A DNA stretch of 64,000 nucleotides from Desulfobacterales bacterium. GTDB lineage: Bacteria; Desulfobacterota; Desulfobacteria; Desulfobacterales; UBA11574. Both the position numbers and the translations under genes were made by a program. Where the stretch lies: positions 11,095-75,094 of the forward strand of contig JAQYVT010000002.1 in NCBI GenBank assembly GCA_030145345.1. Direction: 5' to 3'. This document shows positions 28,029 through 38,322 of the stretch, one piece after another. Each line of letters starts with the position of its first letter. Within the stretch, counting starts at the first letter, position 1. The notes beneath the pieces are model-generated. The model ran no database searches. It saw only the letters and a program-made list of their open reading frames with translations, and was not told the origin of the DNA.

Positions 28029-29207
28029 ATGATCGGAATATCAAAATTGTACTGCGGAACTGTCGAGCCATCGGATGCCCTTCGTTATGGAAGATTGTCA
28101 TCTAAATTACCGTCTCATCTTCTACAGTTTTCCAGCGATAAACGACCTGTGGTCGTCTGGAACATCACCCGGCGATGCAACTTAAAATGCGTACATTGCT
28201 ATGCCCATGCCAAAAACATCCCATTTGACAACGAGCTTTCAACCACCGAAGGAAAAAATTTAATCGACGATCTCGCAGAATTCGGCGTTCCGGTAATATT
28301 GTTTTCCGGCGGTGAACCTCTGGTCCGAAAAGACCTACCGGAACTTGCAGACTATGCCGTCAAAAAGGGCATGAGAGCTGTTATATCGACCAACGGAACA
28401 CTGATAACGCCTCAAACAGCTCGGACACTCAAAGACATCGGCCTTTCCTATATCGGCATCAGTCTTGACGGAATGGAAGAGATCAATGATCGGTTCAGGG
28501 GGGTCAAAGGGGCTTTCAGATCTGCTTTAGAAGGCATTGAAAACTGTAAAAAGGCCGGCATAAAAGTTGGGCTCCGCTTTACCATCAACAAATCGAATGT
28601 CGAACAGATTTCGGAGATATTCAATCTCCTTGAAGAGATGGATATTCCAAGGGTATGCTTTTATCATCTGGTATATGCCGGTCGGGGATCAGAACTTGTA
28701 AAAGAAGATCTTTCCCACAAGGAATCCCGAAAAGCCGTCGATCTTATCCTGGATCTTACGAAACAGTTCCATGACAAGGGAGATCTCAAAGAGGTTCTAA
28801 CCGTTGACAATCATGCGGATGGACCCTATCTATATTTACGGCTGCTCAGAGAAAATCCCGAACGTGCGCGGGAAGTTCTCGAACTTCTCGAAATGAATCA
28901 GGGCAACAGTTCCGGAATAGGAATCGGCTGTGTAAGCTGGGACGGCGAAGTCTATGCCGACCAGTTCTGGCGCCATTACAGTTTCGGCAATGTCAGGAAT
29001 CGGCCCTTTTCCGAAATCTGGACCGACACCTCTGATCCGCTGATGAAAAAACTCAAAGAGAAGAAAAAATACGCCAAAGGACGGTGCAAGTCATGCCGAT
29101 GGCTGGACATTTGCGCCGGCAATTTCAGGGTTAGATCCGAGGCTGTGAGCGGTGATGTGTGGGCACCGGATCCGGCCTGTTATCTGACCGACGAAGAAAT
29201 AAGTTGA
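28029..29207 (+). CDS. Radical SAM/SPASM enzyme of the NirJ / AhbC-AhbD (alternative haem biosynthesis) type
   Basis: 392 aa with radical-SAM cluster CNLKCVHCY and a C-terminal Cys-rich SPASM-like GRCKSCRWLDICAGNFRVRS...PDPACY. It lies directly upstream of hemB. I cannot tell AhbC from AhbD by eye. Confidence 0.75.
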   Translation: MIGISKLYCGTVEPSDALRYGRLSSKLPSHLLQFSSDKRPVVVWNITRRCNLKCVHCYAHAKNIPFDNELSTTEGKNLIDDLAEFGVPVILFSGGEPLVRKDLPELADYAVKKGMRAVISTNGTLITPQTARTLKDIGLSYIGISLDGMEEINDRFRGVKGAFRSALEGIENCKKAGIKVGLRFTINKSNVEQISEIFNLLEEMDIPRVCFYHLVYAGRGSELVKEDLSHKESRKAVDLILDLTKQFHDKGDLKEVLTVDNHADGPYLYLRLLRENPERAREVLELLEMNQGNSSGIGIGCVSWDGEVYADQFWRHYSFGNVRNRPFSEIWTDTSDPLMKKLKEKKKYAKGRCKSCRWLDICAGNFRVRSEAVSGDVWAPDPACYLTDEEIS

Positions 29208-29321
29208 AATCTATGCAAAGCTTCCCCTTTTCCCGAGTTCTGCACGTGCCCTGCCTGCCCCGTAGGTGGGGTCAGACTCAGTTTTTAACCTCAAAACACC
29301 TAAGATGAAATAGGAGTTGTT

Positions 29322-30299
29322 ATGCTTTTTCCAGATTACAGGCCCAGGCGTTTACGGCAGAGTGATGCGTTCCGCCGTATGATTCGTGAAACGAAACTTT
29401 CGGTAGACGACCTTATACTTCCACTTTTTGCCGTTCACGGTAAAGGGATCAAAAACCCTATCGATTCGATGCCCGGCCACTATCAGTTGTCCATAGATCA
29501 TCTTGTGAAAACATCCAAAAAAGCATACGAACTCGGCATCCCTGCCATAATGCTTTTCGGACTTCCCGACAAGAAAGATCCCCTGGCAACCCGGGCTTAC
29601 GCCAAAGACGGCATTGTTCAAAAAGCGACACGCGCCGTAAAAGATAAGATACCCGACCTCGCCGTTATCACCGATGTCTGTCTGTGTCAGTACACGGATC
29701 ACGGCCACTGTGGCGTTGTGGAAGGCCGGGTCATCGACAACGACGCCACCCTCGATCTTCTTGCCAGAACCGCCCTGTCCCATGCTCAGGCCGGTGCAGA
29801 CATGGTGGCACCTTCGGATATGATGGACGGCCGTGTGGCTGAAATTCGGAATATCCTGGATGAAAACGTTTTCAGCAGCGTACCCATAATGTCTTATGCA
29901 GCCAAATACTGTTCCGGATTCTACGGACCGTTTCGGGATGCTGCCGACTCGCCGCCTCAGTTTGGAGATCGTCAGACATATCAGATGGATCCTGCCAATG
30001 CGCTGGAAGCTATCCGGGAAGTGACCATGGACATTGAAGAAGGGGCCGATATCATCATGGTAAAGCCCGCGCTTCCTTATCTTGACATTATCTGCCGGGT
30101 CCGGGAAGAGATAGATCTTCCCTTGGCCGCTTATAATGTCAGCGGTGAGTTTGCAATGATAAAGGCCGCCGACAAAATGGGATGGATAGACGGCCATCGA
30201 GTGATGATGGAAGTCCTTACGGCAATTAAGCGCGCCGGAGCCGATATGATTCTGACCTATTTTGCCATTGAGGCTGCACAAGCATTATCTAAACAATAA
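29322..30299 (+). CDS. hemB: Porphobilinogen synthase (delta-aminolevulinic acid dehydratase), Zn type
   Basis: 325 aa starting RPRRLR. It has the Cys-rich metal site [14 protein letters not shown], the active-site Lys contexts [10 protein letters not shown] and [10 protein letters not shown], and the C-terminal ILTYFA. Confidence 0.92.
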   Translation: MLFPDYRPRRLRQSDAFRRMIRETKLSVDDLILPLFAVHGKGIKNPIDSMPGHYQLSIDHLVKTSKKAYELGIPAIMLFGLPDKKDPLATRAYAKDGIVQKATRAVKDKIPDLAVITDVCLCQYTDHGHCGVVEGRVIDNDATLDLLARTALSHAQAGADMVAPSDMMDGRVAEIRNILDENVFSSVPIMSYAAKYCSGFYGPFRDAADSPPQFGDRQTYQMDPANALEAIREVTMDIEEGADIIMVKPALPYLDIICRVREEIDLPLAAYNVSGEFAMIKAADKMGWIDGHRVMMEVLTAIKRAGADMILTYFAIEAAQALSKQ

Positions 30300-30301
30300 T
30301 G

Positions 30302-30408
30302 CCCGAATTGAGCGAAAGTATAGGATGCCCCAGATCCAATGTATCTGCAAAAATTACAAAAACTAAACTCTTATAATATTTTTCCCAGTTTGTTTACGAT
30401 CAATTAGG
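30302..30408 (+). repeat. Family-B MITE-like palindromic element, short copy (B1)
   Basis: The left end CCCGAATTGAGCGAAAGTATAGGATGCCCCAGAT and right end TTTTCCCAGTTTGTTTACGATCAATTAGG have termini that are inverted repeats of each other (CCnAATTGAnCG). It fills almost the entire hemB/radical-SAM intergenic gap. Confidence 0.7.
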
Positions 30409-30415
30409 TAATACC

Positions 30416-31522
30416 ATGACAAACACGCACAACACTTCTCCTTCTCGATCTCACCCCCCCGGTGAAAAAAAAGGGAATGCACTGCGCCTTGTGGCCTGGG
30501 AAACCACGCGAAACTGCAACCTTGCCTGTATGCACTGCCGCGCATCGGCCACACACGGCCCGTTCAGCGGGGAACTCGACACCGATGCATCGTTCCGTCT
30601 CCTGGATCAGATCTCAGACGTCGGAAAGCCGATCATTATTCTGACCGGCGGAGAACCCCTTTTGCGGCCGGATATTTTCGATATCGCAAGGTACGGCACA
30701 AAAAAAGGGCTCAGGATGGTCATGGCGCCCAACGGCACGCTGATTACTGAAAAATTTGCCAAACAAATGGCGGATGCCGGCATTCAAAGGATCAGCGTCA
30801 GCCTCGATGGTGCCACCAGAGAAAGCCATGACAAATTCAGAGGGGTAGACGGTGCATTTGAAGGGGCACTTCGGGGCATCAAACTGGCAAAAGAAGCCGG
30901 GGTAGAATTTCAAATCAACACGACCATAACAAAAACAAATCTTAAGGAAATCCCTGAAATTCAGGAACTGGCCATAAAATTGGGCGCCGTTGCCCACCAT
31001 ATTTTTCTGTTGGTTCCAACCGGCCGCGGAAAATATATTGTGGATCAGGAAATAACCGCCGCAGAATATGAACACACATTAAACTGGTTCTATGACCAGC
31101 GGGAGAAGTCCCCTTTGCAGCTCAAGGCCACCTGCGCGCCCCATTACTACCGCATCCTCAGGCAACGGGCAAAGGAGGAAGGAAAGGCCGTTACGTTCAA
31201 AACACACGGAATGGATGCCTTCACCCGAGGATGTCTGGGCGGCACAGGATTTTGTTTCATTTCTCACCGGGGAATTGTTCAGCCGTGCGGATTCCTCGAT
31301 GTCAATTGCGGGGATATTACGAAAACATCTTTTGCAGACATCTGGAACGGTTCGGACACCTTTTTATCGTTGCGCAATTTCAATCATCTAAAAGGAAAAT
31401 GCGGAAAATGTGAATTCAGAAAAGTGTGCGGCGGCTGCCGGGCAAGGGCGTATGAAGCGACCGGTGATTTTCTGGCTGAAGAACCCCTCTGCAATTACCA
31501 ACCAGCCTCCGGCAACCCATAA
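30416..31522 (+). CDS. Radical SAM/SPASM enzyme of the NirJ / AhbC-AhbD type (second copy)
   Basis: 368 aa with CNLACMHCR and a C-terminal GKCGKCEFRKVCGGCRARAY...EPLCNY. Confidence 0.75.
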   Translation: MTNTHNTSPSRSHPPGEKKGNALRLVAWETTRNCNLACMHCRASATHGPFSGELDTDASFRLLDQISDVGKPIIILTGGEPLLRPDIFDIARYGTKKGLRMVMAPNGTLITEKFAKQMADAGIQRISVSLDGATRESHDKFRGVDGAFEGALRGIKLAKEAGVEFQINTTITKTNLKEIPEIQELAIKLGAVAHHIFLLVPTGRGKYIVDQEITAAEYEHTLNWFYDQREKSPLQLKATCAPHYYRILRQRAKEEGKAVTFKTHGMDAFTRGCLGGTGFCFISHRGIVQPCGFLDVNCGDITKTSFADIWNGSDTFLSLRNFNHLKGKCGKCEFRKVCGGCRARAYEATGDFLAEEPLCNYQPASGNP

Positions 31523-31887
31523 AACCCTCCGGTTTCCCCCACTAAAACCACGGATAGAGCCGTTCCCCAAAATATGTTCCGATGGAATCGCTTTGGGTCA
31601 AAATTTCTATAAGCCGGAGGGCAGTTCCGTTTCGATCGGGAAGCTGTCTGAGCAAACTAAAGCGCGTTAAAGCGAACAGCAATGAGGTTTTCAAAATTGT
31701 TGATGATTATCAAATTCCCCCAGCGTAATCTTAACACCTAAAACCTGTTCGCTTTTACGGGGTTTTATTGGCGAGTTCTTGCCGATGGAAACGGAATTGT
31801 CCTCCGGCTGAAACGGGATGTTATTCCGACATAAGTCGAGCAATCAGGTTGATAAAACCCGTTTTGTCGTTCAGAAAACCTTATGGT

Positions 31888-32493
31888 TTAATCCGTAATA
31901 TCCAAAACCTGATATCCACCTTTTTCCAAAGCTTTCCGGATGACCTTTGTATTGCAGGGTGAAAGGCGGAAGTAATAGACTCTTTTGCTGGCCTCCTGGG
32001 CCGTCATACCGACATTGATGATATCTCCGCCGTTGTCGTTGATGATCTGCAAAACGTTTTTAAAGCCGCCCGGCTCATCCCCAACCACCAAATCGATCCG
32101 TGAACTTGCGGTCAGAAAGCCCATCATATCTATAAATGTCCGGAGAATATCCGTTGCTGTTATGATGCCCACCAGTTTGTCGTTTTGCACCACCGGCATC
32201 CCGCCGATTTTATGTTTGTAAATCAGTTGGGCCGCAATCTCGATATCATCATCCGGCCTCACGACAATCGGATTCTTTATGATCAAATCTTTAAGGGAAA
32301 GGTCCCCGAGCATGGAGGGTATGAGGCCCTGTTTTAAATCAGCAAGCGTAATAAACCCTTTCAGTTTGTCTCCCTTTGCAACCACAGGAAGGTGCCGGAT
32401 AGAGTTAATCTTCATAAGCTCGATGGCCTCCTGTATGGAGGCGTTTTCGGTGATCGTAATCGGATCATGAATCATTAAAGAATTAATTTTCAT
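31888..32493 (-). CDS. CBS-pair plus ACT-like domain protein (AcuB-like)
   Basis: 201 aa. Two CBS motifs are present (IRHLPVV...GFITLADL; IGGMPVV...GIITATDIL), followed by an ACT-like SSRIDLVVGDEPGGFKNVLQIINDNGGDIINV. Confidence 0.75.
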   Translation of the reverse strand: MKINSLMIHDPITITENASIQEAIELMKINSIRHLPVVAKGDKLKGFITLADLKQGLIPSMLGDLSLKDLIIKNPIVVRPDDDIEIAAQLIYKHKIGGMPVVQNDKLVGIITATDILRTFIDMMGFLTASSRIDLVVGDEPGGFKNVLQIINDNGGDIINVGMTAQEASKRVYYFRLSPCNTKVIRKALEKGGYQVLDITD

Positions 32494-32539
32494 CGAATCT
32501 TCCTTTGGTCAATTTTGAACGTCGACGGCTTTATAAAAT

Positions 32540-32600
32540 CCCCAAATGAGCAAGTCGAGGATTCCGATTTGTGGAAGGCACGGCGTATCATCGGCTTGCC
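32540..32600 (+). repeat. Family-B element, partial copy (B2)
   Basis: CCCCAAATGAGCAAGTCGAGGATTCCGAT...GTATCATCGGCTTGCC matches the left arm and inner arm of the B4/B5 copies. The outer right terminus is missing. Confidence 0.45.
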
Positions 32601-32655
32601 CGCCTCCGGAGGGTTTGTCCGCCTCTGGCGGGCTTTCCGGAACGGTAAAAGCCAT

Positions 32656-34758
32656 TTACTGACTGGATTTATCCAGTGAATTCAATACCAGTGTAATCGG
32701 CCGGTCCTCTTCACTTTTGCCGGCAAACCGTATGGGGCCGGGCCTTCTATAGTTATCGTCGCCCGGTAATGCAGCGAGCCAATTCTCTCTTAACCGCTTG
32801 ACAACTCTGAAAGAAGCGGAATTGACATCAACGATACTTTTTTCCAAAACAAGGGCGAGCTTCCCCTTCCTCTCTTCAAGGTGCATCAATGGCGCAATGG
32901 GAATTCCAAGGGGTTCCCATGCCGAAAAATCCTTCTCCAGATTTCTTATGGCCGCCATCTGACCCGTTGCGCCGTTGGCGATAAGACTGAAAACCGTCAT
33001 CCCCAAGTTGTACGTATAATTACAGTCAAAACGGGTGGGATCATTTCCTCTCCCGTCATAACCATAAAAATGAATCTGGGTTTTGAACTTTGGTACGGAT
33101 GTGTGAAAAATTTTTTCAATCGGAACAGGAACCGCTTCTTCTTCCGAGATCACCTCCGCCTGTTCAAGCACCTGTTTGAGTGTTTTAACGGAAATTATGG
33201 AAGGTCTGATCAACAGGAATTCGGCATCATTGTAATTCTTGAAAAGAATCGGACCAAAGTAATTCGGATCGAGTCCGCCTTTCTCCAGAATCTTCCGGTA
33301 ATAGGATTTTTTTATTCCGATCTTATACGTCCCGTTCTCCTTTAAAATATTAAGATAGTCTTTGACCAGCCCCATGAGGACGGCCTCTGTCTTGACCTGT
33401 GAAAACTGAAAATTTCCGTGACTGTCTCTTTCCATGAGAAGCCCTTCCTGGAAAAAATCAGGAACATCGTTGAACAGATCATCATCCCGGGTATTCCATA
33501 TGGAAAAAGAACTGTCTTCCCTTGAAAGCCTGGCAAGTCTCCGCAAATATTCCAGCTTGTCCTCAAGGGTGGGGAAATCCGTATGGAAATCGGTGTCGTG
33601 GGTTTCGTTATACTCGGCGATGATGGTATTTAGCTTTATGATAAAAATCTGTATTTCATTGATAAATTCCAGAATCCCTTCTGGAATGACGACGACACCA
33701 TAGTTTTTACCCACCGCAGCCCTTTGAACAATGCCGTCACAAATCACACGAGACAAATGTCTTAGGGTCATGCCATATGCATTATAATCGACATCCCCCG
33801 CTTCTATGGCGTTCTCTATTCTCTTCGTGTCGATATAATCGCAAAGGTCCTCACCGATAAGCGTCATGTTGGCATGGGTCTGCAGCGCAACTTCAAGGGC
33901 CAGGTGGCTGGCGACTCTGCCCATAACTTTGCAGATATGCCAATATTTTACATCTGAACTGCTGTCTGTGCAGAGATTGCTGATAGAACCGGCAAATGCC
34001 CTGGCGGCGGTATGAAATCCAAACGACATGGCGCATAAAACATTACCGTCCGCGTCTCTGACCTGTATATCCCCGTCAATGGTTTTGGGAACACCGATAA
34101 CCTGGATATTATCTTCGATCATTTCCTGTGCAAGAAATGCCGCATTGGTGTTCGAATCATCCCCCCCGACAATGACAAGGGCGTCCAGCCCCAGATTTTT
34201 GCAGGTCTCTTTTGAAAGGGCCATCTTCCGTGGAGAGTCTATTTTTGTTCGGCCCGTTTTGATCATGGTAAAACCGCCAAGATTTCGGTAGGCATCCACC
34301 CGGCTGCCGGTGATCTCGATGGCCTCATTTTCAATGATACCGTCCGGACCGAGAAGGAAACCGTAGAGGATCGTCTCGGGGTTGGCCTTTTTGGCAGCAT
34401 CAAATAGCCCTGCGATGACGTTATGCCCTCCGGGCGCAGGTCCCCCTGAAAATACAATACCGATGTTGCGCTTTTTGCAGTATCTTTCTTTGAAAGATTC
34501 TCCAGGGGCGTCCTGCCCCGATATGGTCTGTACCTTATTGTTTATGATCCCCTGCAACTGTTTTCTTGCTTCCCGATCGATGGTGAATTTAAAACGATCG
34601 TTATCCTCCAAAATAGTATGGGTATTTTCAAATACCTTGCATTTGGGTGGATCGTATTGTCTTCTTTCAATCAGCTCCGGATTGATGCTGCTGATCGCTC
34701 TTTGAACCTCGGGAATTTCAAGTAGGTCTTCAGTGCTGATGGGATCTATATCTTTCAT
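32656..34758 (-). CDS. Pyrophosphate-dependent phosphofructokinase (long type)
   Basis: 700 aa with GGPAPGGHNVIAG, and with GGDDS (Asp rather than Gly) and PKTIDGD (Lys) at the positions that discriminate PPi-PFK from ATP-PFK. A large internal insertion accounts for the length. Confidence 0.85.
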   Translation of the reverse strand: MKDIDPISTEDLLEIPEVQRAISSINPELIERRQYDPPKCKVFENTHTILEDNDRFKFTIDREARKQLQGIINNKVQTISGQDAPGESFKERYCKKRNIGIVFSGGPAPGGHNVIAGLFDAAKKANPETILYGFLLGPDGIIENEAIEITGSRVDAYRNLGGFTMIKTGRTKIDSPRKMALSKETCKNLGLDALVIVGGDDSNTNAAFLAQEMIEDNIQVIGVPKTIDGDIQVRDADGNVLCAMSFGFHTAARAFAGSISNLCTDSSSDVKYWHICKVMGRVASHLALEVALQTHANMTLIGEDLCDYIDTKRIENAIEAGDVDYNAYGMTLRHLSRVICDGIVQRAAVGKNYGVVVIPEGILEFINEIQIFIIKLNTIIAEYNETHDTDFHTDFPTLEDKLEYLRRLARLSREDSSFSIWNTRDDDLFNDVPDFFQEGLLMERDSHGNFQFSQVKTEAVLMGLVKDYLNILKENGTYKIGIKKSYYRKILEKGGLDPNYFGPILFKNYNDAEFLLIRPSIISVKTLKQVLEQAEVISEEEAVPVPIEKIFHTSVPKFKTQIHFYGYDGRGNDPTRFDCNYTYNLGMTVFSLIANGATGQMAAIRNLEKDFSAWEPLGIPIAPLMHLEERKGKLALVLEKSIVDVNSASFRVVKRLRENWLAALPGDDNYRRPGPIRFAGKSEEDRPITLVLNSLDKSSQ

Positions 34759-34884
34759 TGTACCTCTTAATCATTGAACTCAAACAGTCGCTTCGAGATT
34801 CCATCTACAGCGGTTTTACCGCTTTAAAAAAATCTCTGCTATGGCGTTTTCGCATTCTATAGTAAGGATAACACTTTTTTTTAC

Positions 34885-34916
34885 AGGCTGATAGGCTGAT
34901 AGGCTGATAGGCTGAT
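34885..34916. repeat. Perfect tandem repeat (AGGCTGAT) x4
   Basis: Read directly from the sequence. It lies 127-158 nt upstream of the PPi-PFK start and about 215 nt upstream of the divergent SBP gene. Confidence 0.95.
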
Positions 34917-35129
34917 AATATCTATTCTAAAATGGTTGTGTCAAGATTATTCGGCTTGCCCCTCGGTGCTCTCGTGAAAAACGGTTTTTTAAAAAATCTT
35001 GATTTCTCCACGCCCCCTTGTTATTAAAAATATCATCGAAAGAATCAGCAAAGCATTGTTGACACATCCAACCATCATGCCCTCAATTGGGGTTTCAAGA
35101 TACGGTCAGAAATTAGAGAACGACTGAAA

Positions 35130-35966
35130 ATGAAAAAAGGGTTACCCAGGATATCCGTGGTAATTGTTCTGTTATCCTGCTGGATCTGTGCATCCGCCAT
35201 TGGAGCGGATATTGACCTGGCCAAAAAATCGACCCTTGAAACCATCCTCAAAAGAGGTGAGCTCTGGGTCGGATTCGACTCGGGCTACATGCCCTTTGAA
35301 ATGACCGATCAAAAGGGACGATATGTCGGATTTGATATCGATATGGCCAAAGAAATGGCCAAGGCTTTGGGCGTCAAATTCGTTCCGATTAATACGGCAT
35401 GGGATGATATCATTCCGTCTCTTACAACGGGAAAATTTGACATCATCATCAGCGGAATGACCATAACCCAGGAAAGAAACCTCAAGATTAATTTTGCCGA
35501 TCCGTATATTATTGTCGGTCAGACGATCCTCTTAAATAAAAAACACGCGGGTAAAATAAACTCCTACAAGGACCTGAACCATTCCCGATACATTGTAACC
35601 TCCCAATCCAGGACTACCGGTGAAGGGGCTGTAAAAATCCTGATTCCAAAAAGTACTTACAAATCCTTTAAAACTGAAAATGAAGCCGTGAACGAGGTTT
35701 TGAACGGCAAAGCAGATGCTTTTGTATATGACCTGCCCTTCTGTGCGGTTGTTATGGCCATGCAGGGGAACGGCAAACTCTTTTTTCTTGACACGCCGTT
35801 TACCTATGAACCCCTCGCATGGGCGGTCAGAAAAACCGACCCTGATTTCCTGAACTGGCTCAACAACTTTTTAAGACAGGTCAAAAACGATGGCCGGTAT
35901 GACAGAATTTACAACAAGTGGATAAAAAGTACGGACTGGATTAAAAATGTTCAACGATTCGACTGA
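35130..35966 (+). CDS. Polar amino-acid ABC substrate-binding protein (SBP_bac_3 type), paralogue 1
   Basis: 278 aa with a signal peptide. The motifs GFDSGYMPFEM, GFDIDMAKEMAKALG and DIIISGMTITQERN are typical of GlnH/HisJ-like SBPs. Confidence 0.9.
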   Translation: MKKGLPRISVVIVLLSCWICASAIGADIDLAKKSTLETILKRGELWVGFDSGYMPFEMTDQKGRYVGFDIDMAKEMAKALGVKFVPINTAWDDIIPSLTTGKFDIIISGMTITQERNLKINFADPYIIVGQTILLNKKHAGKINSYKDLNHSRYIVTSQSRTTGEGAVKILIPKSTYKSFKTENEAVNEVLNGKADAFVYDLPFCAVVMAMQGNGKLFFLDTPFTYEPLAWAVRKTDPDFLNWLNNFLRQVKNDGRYDRIYNKWIKSTDWIKNVQRFD

Positions 35967-36044
35967 AGGTGTCCAGTTCAAACCGACCGCCGCCGTTTTT
36001 TTAAAAGGTGTCTGACATTTTCCCCTTAAAAAAGGAATATACCC

Positions 36045-36245
36045 ATGAATGTTAAAAAGAAGGCGAAGGGGATCCGAGAAAAAACAAAACGGAAATCCCA
36101 TGAAATGGGCGCGGTTGAACTGATATGCCTCAAGTGCAAGCGCACCGAGATCCATTATCTGTCCACCGAAGAAATCCCCAAATGTTCGGACTGTGATGTC
36201 CGTATGGTGATCAGAGAAGTTTTGAGAGAAGGAAAGTCATACTGA
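36045..36245 (+). CDS. Small zinc-ribbon protein (66 aa)
   Basis: A basic N terminus is followed by CLKC...17 aa...CSDC. An AAGGAA SD is present. It sits between the two SBP paralogues. Confidence 0.5.
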   Translation: MNVKKKAKGIREKTKRKSHEMGAVELICLKCKRTEIHYLSTEEIPKCSDCDVRMVIREVLREGKSY

Positions 36246-36316
36246 CCAAAACTTGAAAAAATTATCCATCTTGGCCGCCAAACTGACAGCCAAAAAGACC
36301 CAAGGAGGAATGCGTT

Positions 36317-37144
36317 ATGAAAAAAAATTTTATTTTTGGAATTGCTGCGATCTTTGTCATGTTTTTTTGTCTCTCCACATCTGCCTTGGGCGCCGATATC
36401 GATCTTGCCAAAAAATCGACGCTGGAATCGATCCTCAAGAAAGGTGAGCTGCGGGTCGGTTTTGAAGCCGGGTACATGCCCTTTGAAATGACGAACAAGA
36501 AAGGAAAATTCGTCGGCTTTGACATCGATATGGCCAAAGAAATGGCCAAGGCCATGGGCGTCAAATTCGTTCCCGTCAATACAGCATGGGACGGCATCAT
36601 TCCTTCCCTCATCACAAACAAATTTGATATTATCATGAGCGGTATGACCGTAACCCAGGAAAGGAACCTCAAGATTAATTTTGCCGATCCGTATATTATT
36701 GTCGGACAGACCCTCTTGTTAAACAAAAAACATGCGGGCAAGGTAACATCTTACAAAGACCTGAACGATTCCAAATACATCGTAACATCAAAACTCGGCA
36801 CCACCGGAGAACAGGCTGTCAAAAGACTGATTCCAAAATGTACGTACAAATCCTTTGAAACCGAACCGGAAGCAGCCCTTGAAGTAGTTAACGGAAAAGC
36901 CGATGCGTTTGCGTATGACCTCCCCTATTGTGTTGTATTTATGGGCCAGCAGGGAGCCGGCAAGCTGGTCTTCCTCGACCAGCCGTTTACGTTTGAGCCC
37001 CTTGCATGGGCAGTTAAAAAAGGGGATCCCGATTTTATGAACTGGCTGAACAACTTTTTAAAACAGATCAAAAACGATGGGCGGTATGACAGAATTTACA
37101 ACAAGTGGATTAAGAGTACGGGCTGGATCAAAAATGTTCAGTAG
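36317..37144 (+). CDS. Polar amino-acid ABC substrate-binding protein, paralogue 2
   Basis: 275 aa and collinear with 35130..35966, with long identical peptide runs (GADIDLAKKSTLE, GFDIDMAKEMAKA, NLKINFADPYIIVGQT, DGRYDRIYNKWIKST). Confidence 0.9.
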   Translation: MKKNFIFGIAAIFVMFFCLSTSALGADIDLAKKSTLESILKKGELRVGFEAGYMPFEMTNKKGKFVGFDIDMAKEMAKAMGVKFVPVNTAWDGIIPSLITNKFDIIMSGMTVTQERNLKINFADPYIIVGQTLLLNKKHAGKVTSYKDLNDSKYIVTSKLGTTGEQAVKRLIPKCTYKSFETEPEAALEVVNGKADAFAYDLPYCVVFMGQQGAGKLVFLDQPFTFEPLAWAVKKGDPDFMNWLNNFLKQIKNDGRYDRIYNKWIKSTGWIKNVQ

Positions 37145-37311
37145 ACTCAAGCGATAACAACCGATTCTAAAACAGGCCGGTTGAACCTTATGTTACAGGT
37201 CCTGCCGGCCTGTTTTCAAGTACACCCATAAAATTCGTACCGAATAAATGGGGTTTTACAAATTGAATCGACGCGCCTTAACCATTAAATACGGACACGT
37301 GAGGTTGACTG

Positions 37312-38322
37312 ATGGGTTCACGGTTACTTATAAATCGCCTAAAAGATAGAAACTACTATTACGTCTGGGTCGGCGTTTTTTTTCTCATCATAATATCTAT
37401 CATCCTATCCCTTTATTTTTCTGCGCGACAGATCGACTATACATGGCGATGGTATCGAATTCCCAAATACTTTGCCTATCAGGAACAGGTGGAAATAGCA
37501 TCGGAAATAGATGGTGAAGTTGAAAGCATCTCAAAGAAAGGCAAAGAAGCTGTTGTCCGGATAAAAGGCCTCGAAGGGGTTGAATCGCATGCCGTCCCGG
37601 CAAGCGCTTTAGCGGTAGAAGAAGGGGATCAAATATATTACGGTGACCGACTGGCCGCTTATAAAAAGTGGCGGGTCGGCATCCTAATACAAGGTCTGTG
37701 GCTGACGTTAAAGGTCAGTATCATCGCCATTGTTTTCGGAATCCTCATCGGTCTGTTCACCGGCATTGCACGCATATCCTCCAACCCCGCATTAAAATGG
37801 TCCGCAATAACGTATATCGAGATAATTCGCGGATCGCCCCTGCTGGTACAAATTTTTATCTGGTATTTTGTTCTTGGAACATTACTGAATAATCTCCTTG
37901 CCACCCATGGGATTGACCAGATTCCTCCACTCTGGTTCGGCGTTGCAGCCCTTGCCTGTTTTACCGGCGCATACGTGGCGGAAATGGTAAGGGCCGGTAT
38001 ACAGTCCATCCATCGGGGGCAGACCGAAGCGGCGCGATCCCTGGGCATGACCTACGTTAAGTCCATGCGGCATGTTATTCTTCCACAGGCCCTGCGAAGA
38101 ATTCTGCCGCCCCTGGCCGGTCAGTTTATCAGCCTCATCAAAGATTCTTCACTGCTGGGCATCATCGCAATTCGAGAGTTGACAAAAGCGACCCGTGAAG
38201 TGGTTACAACCAGCCTGCAACCCTTTGAACTCTGGTTTATTTGTGCACTGTTATATCTTGTTTTGACATTTTCACTTTCAATGGTATTACAGTATCTGGA
38301 AAGGAGGCAACTTGCGGTATGA
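37312..38322 (+). CDS. Polar amino-acid ABC permease with ~110-aa N-terminal extension, paralogue 1
   Basis: 336 aa. The C-terminal 220 aa has the His/Glu/Gln/Arg-type permease core ([18 protein letters not shown] and the EAA-like loop [13 protein letters not shown]...[13 protein letters not shown]). Confidence 0.9.
   Translation: MGSRLLINRLKDRNYYYVWVGVFFLIIISIILSLYFSARQIDYTWRWYRIPKYFAYQEQVEIASEIDGEVESISKKGKEAVVRIKGLEGVESHAVPASALAVEEGDQIYYGDRLAAYKKWRVGILIQGLWLTLKVSIIAIVFGILIGLFTGIARISSNPALKWSAITYIEIIRGSPLLVQIFIWYFVLGTLLNNLLATHGIDQIPPLWFGVAALACFTGAYVAEMVRAGIQSIHRGQTEAARSLGMTYVKSMRHVILPQALRRILPPLAGQFISLIKDSSLLGIIAIRELTKATREVVTTSLQPFELWFICALLYLVLTFSLSMVLQYLERRQLAV

Noticed and set aside
29352-30281. 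A 309-aa ORF antisense to hemB, plus similar long antisense ORFs at 38361..39017, 44995..45543, 49525..50046, 12498..13022, 19348..19986, 30614..31075 and 63101..63586.
   Set aside because: These are shadow ORFs opposite well-supported genes. They have compositionally odd translations rich in R, G, H and P, and no recognisable motifs.
34885-34916. Checked whether any repeat array is a CRISPR.
   Set aside because: The units are only 8 bp with no spacers. No 24-40-bp repeat/spacer periodicity and no cas genes occur anywhere in the window.
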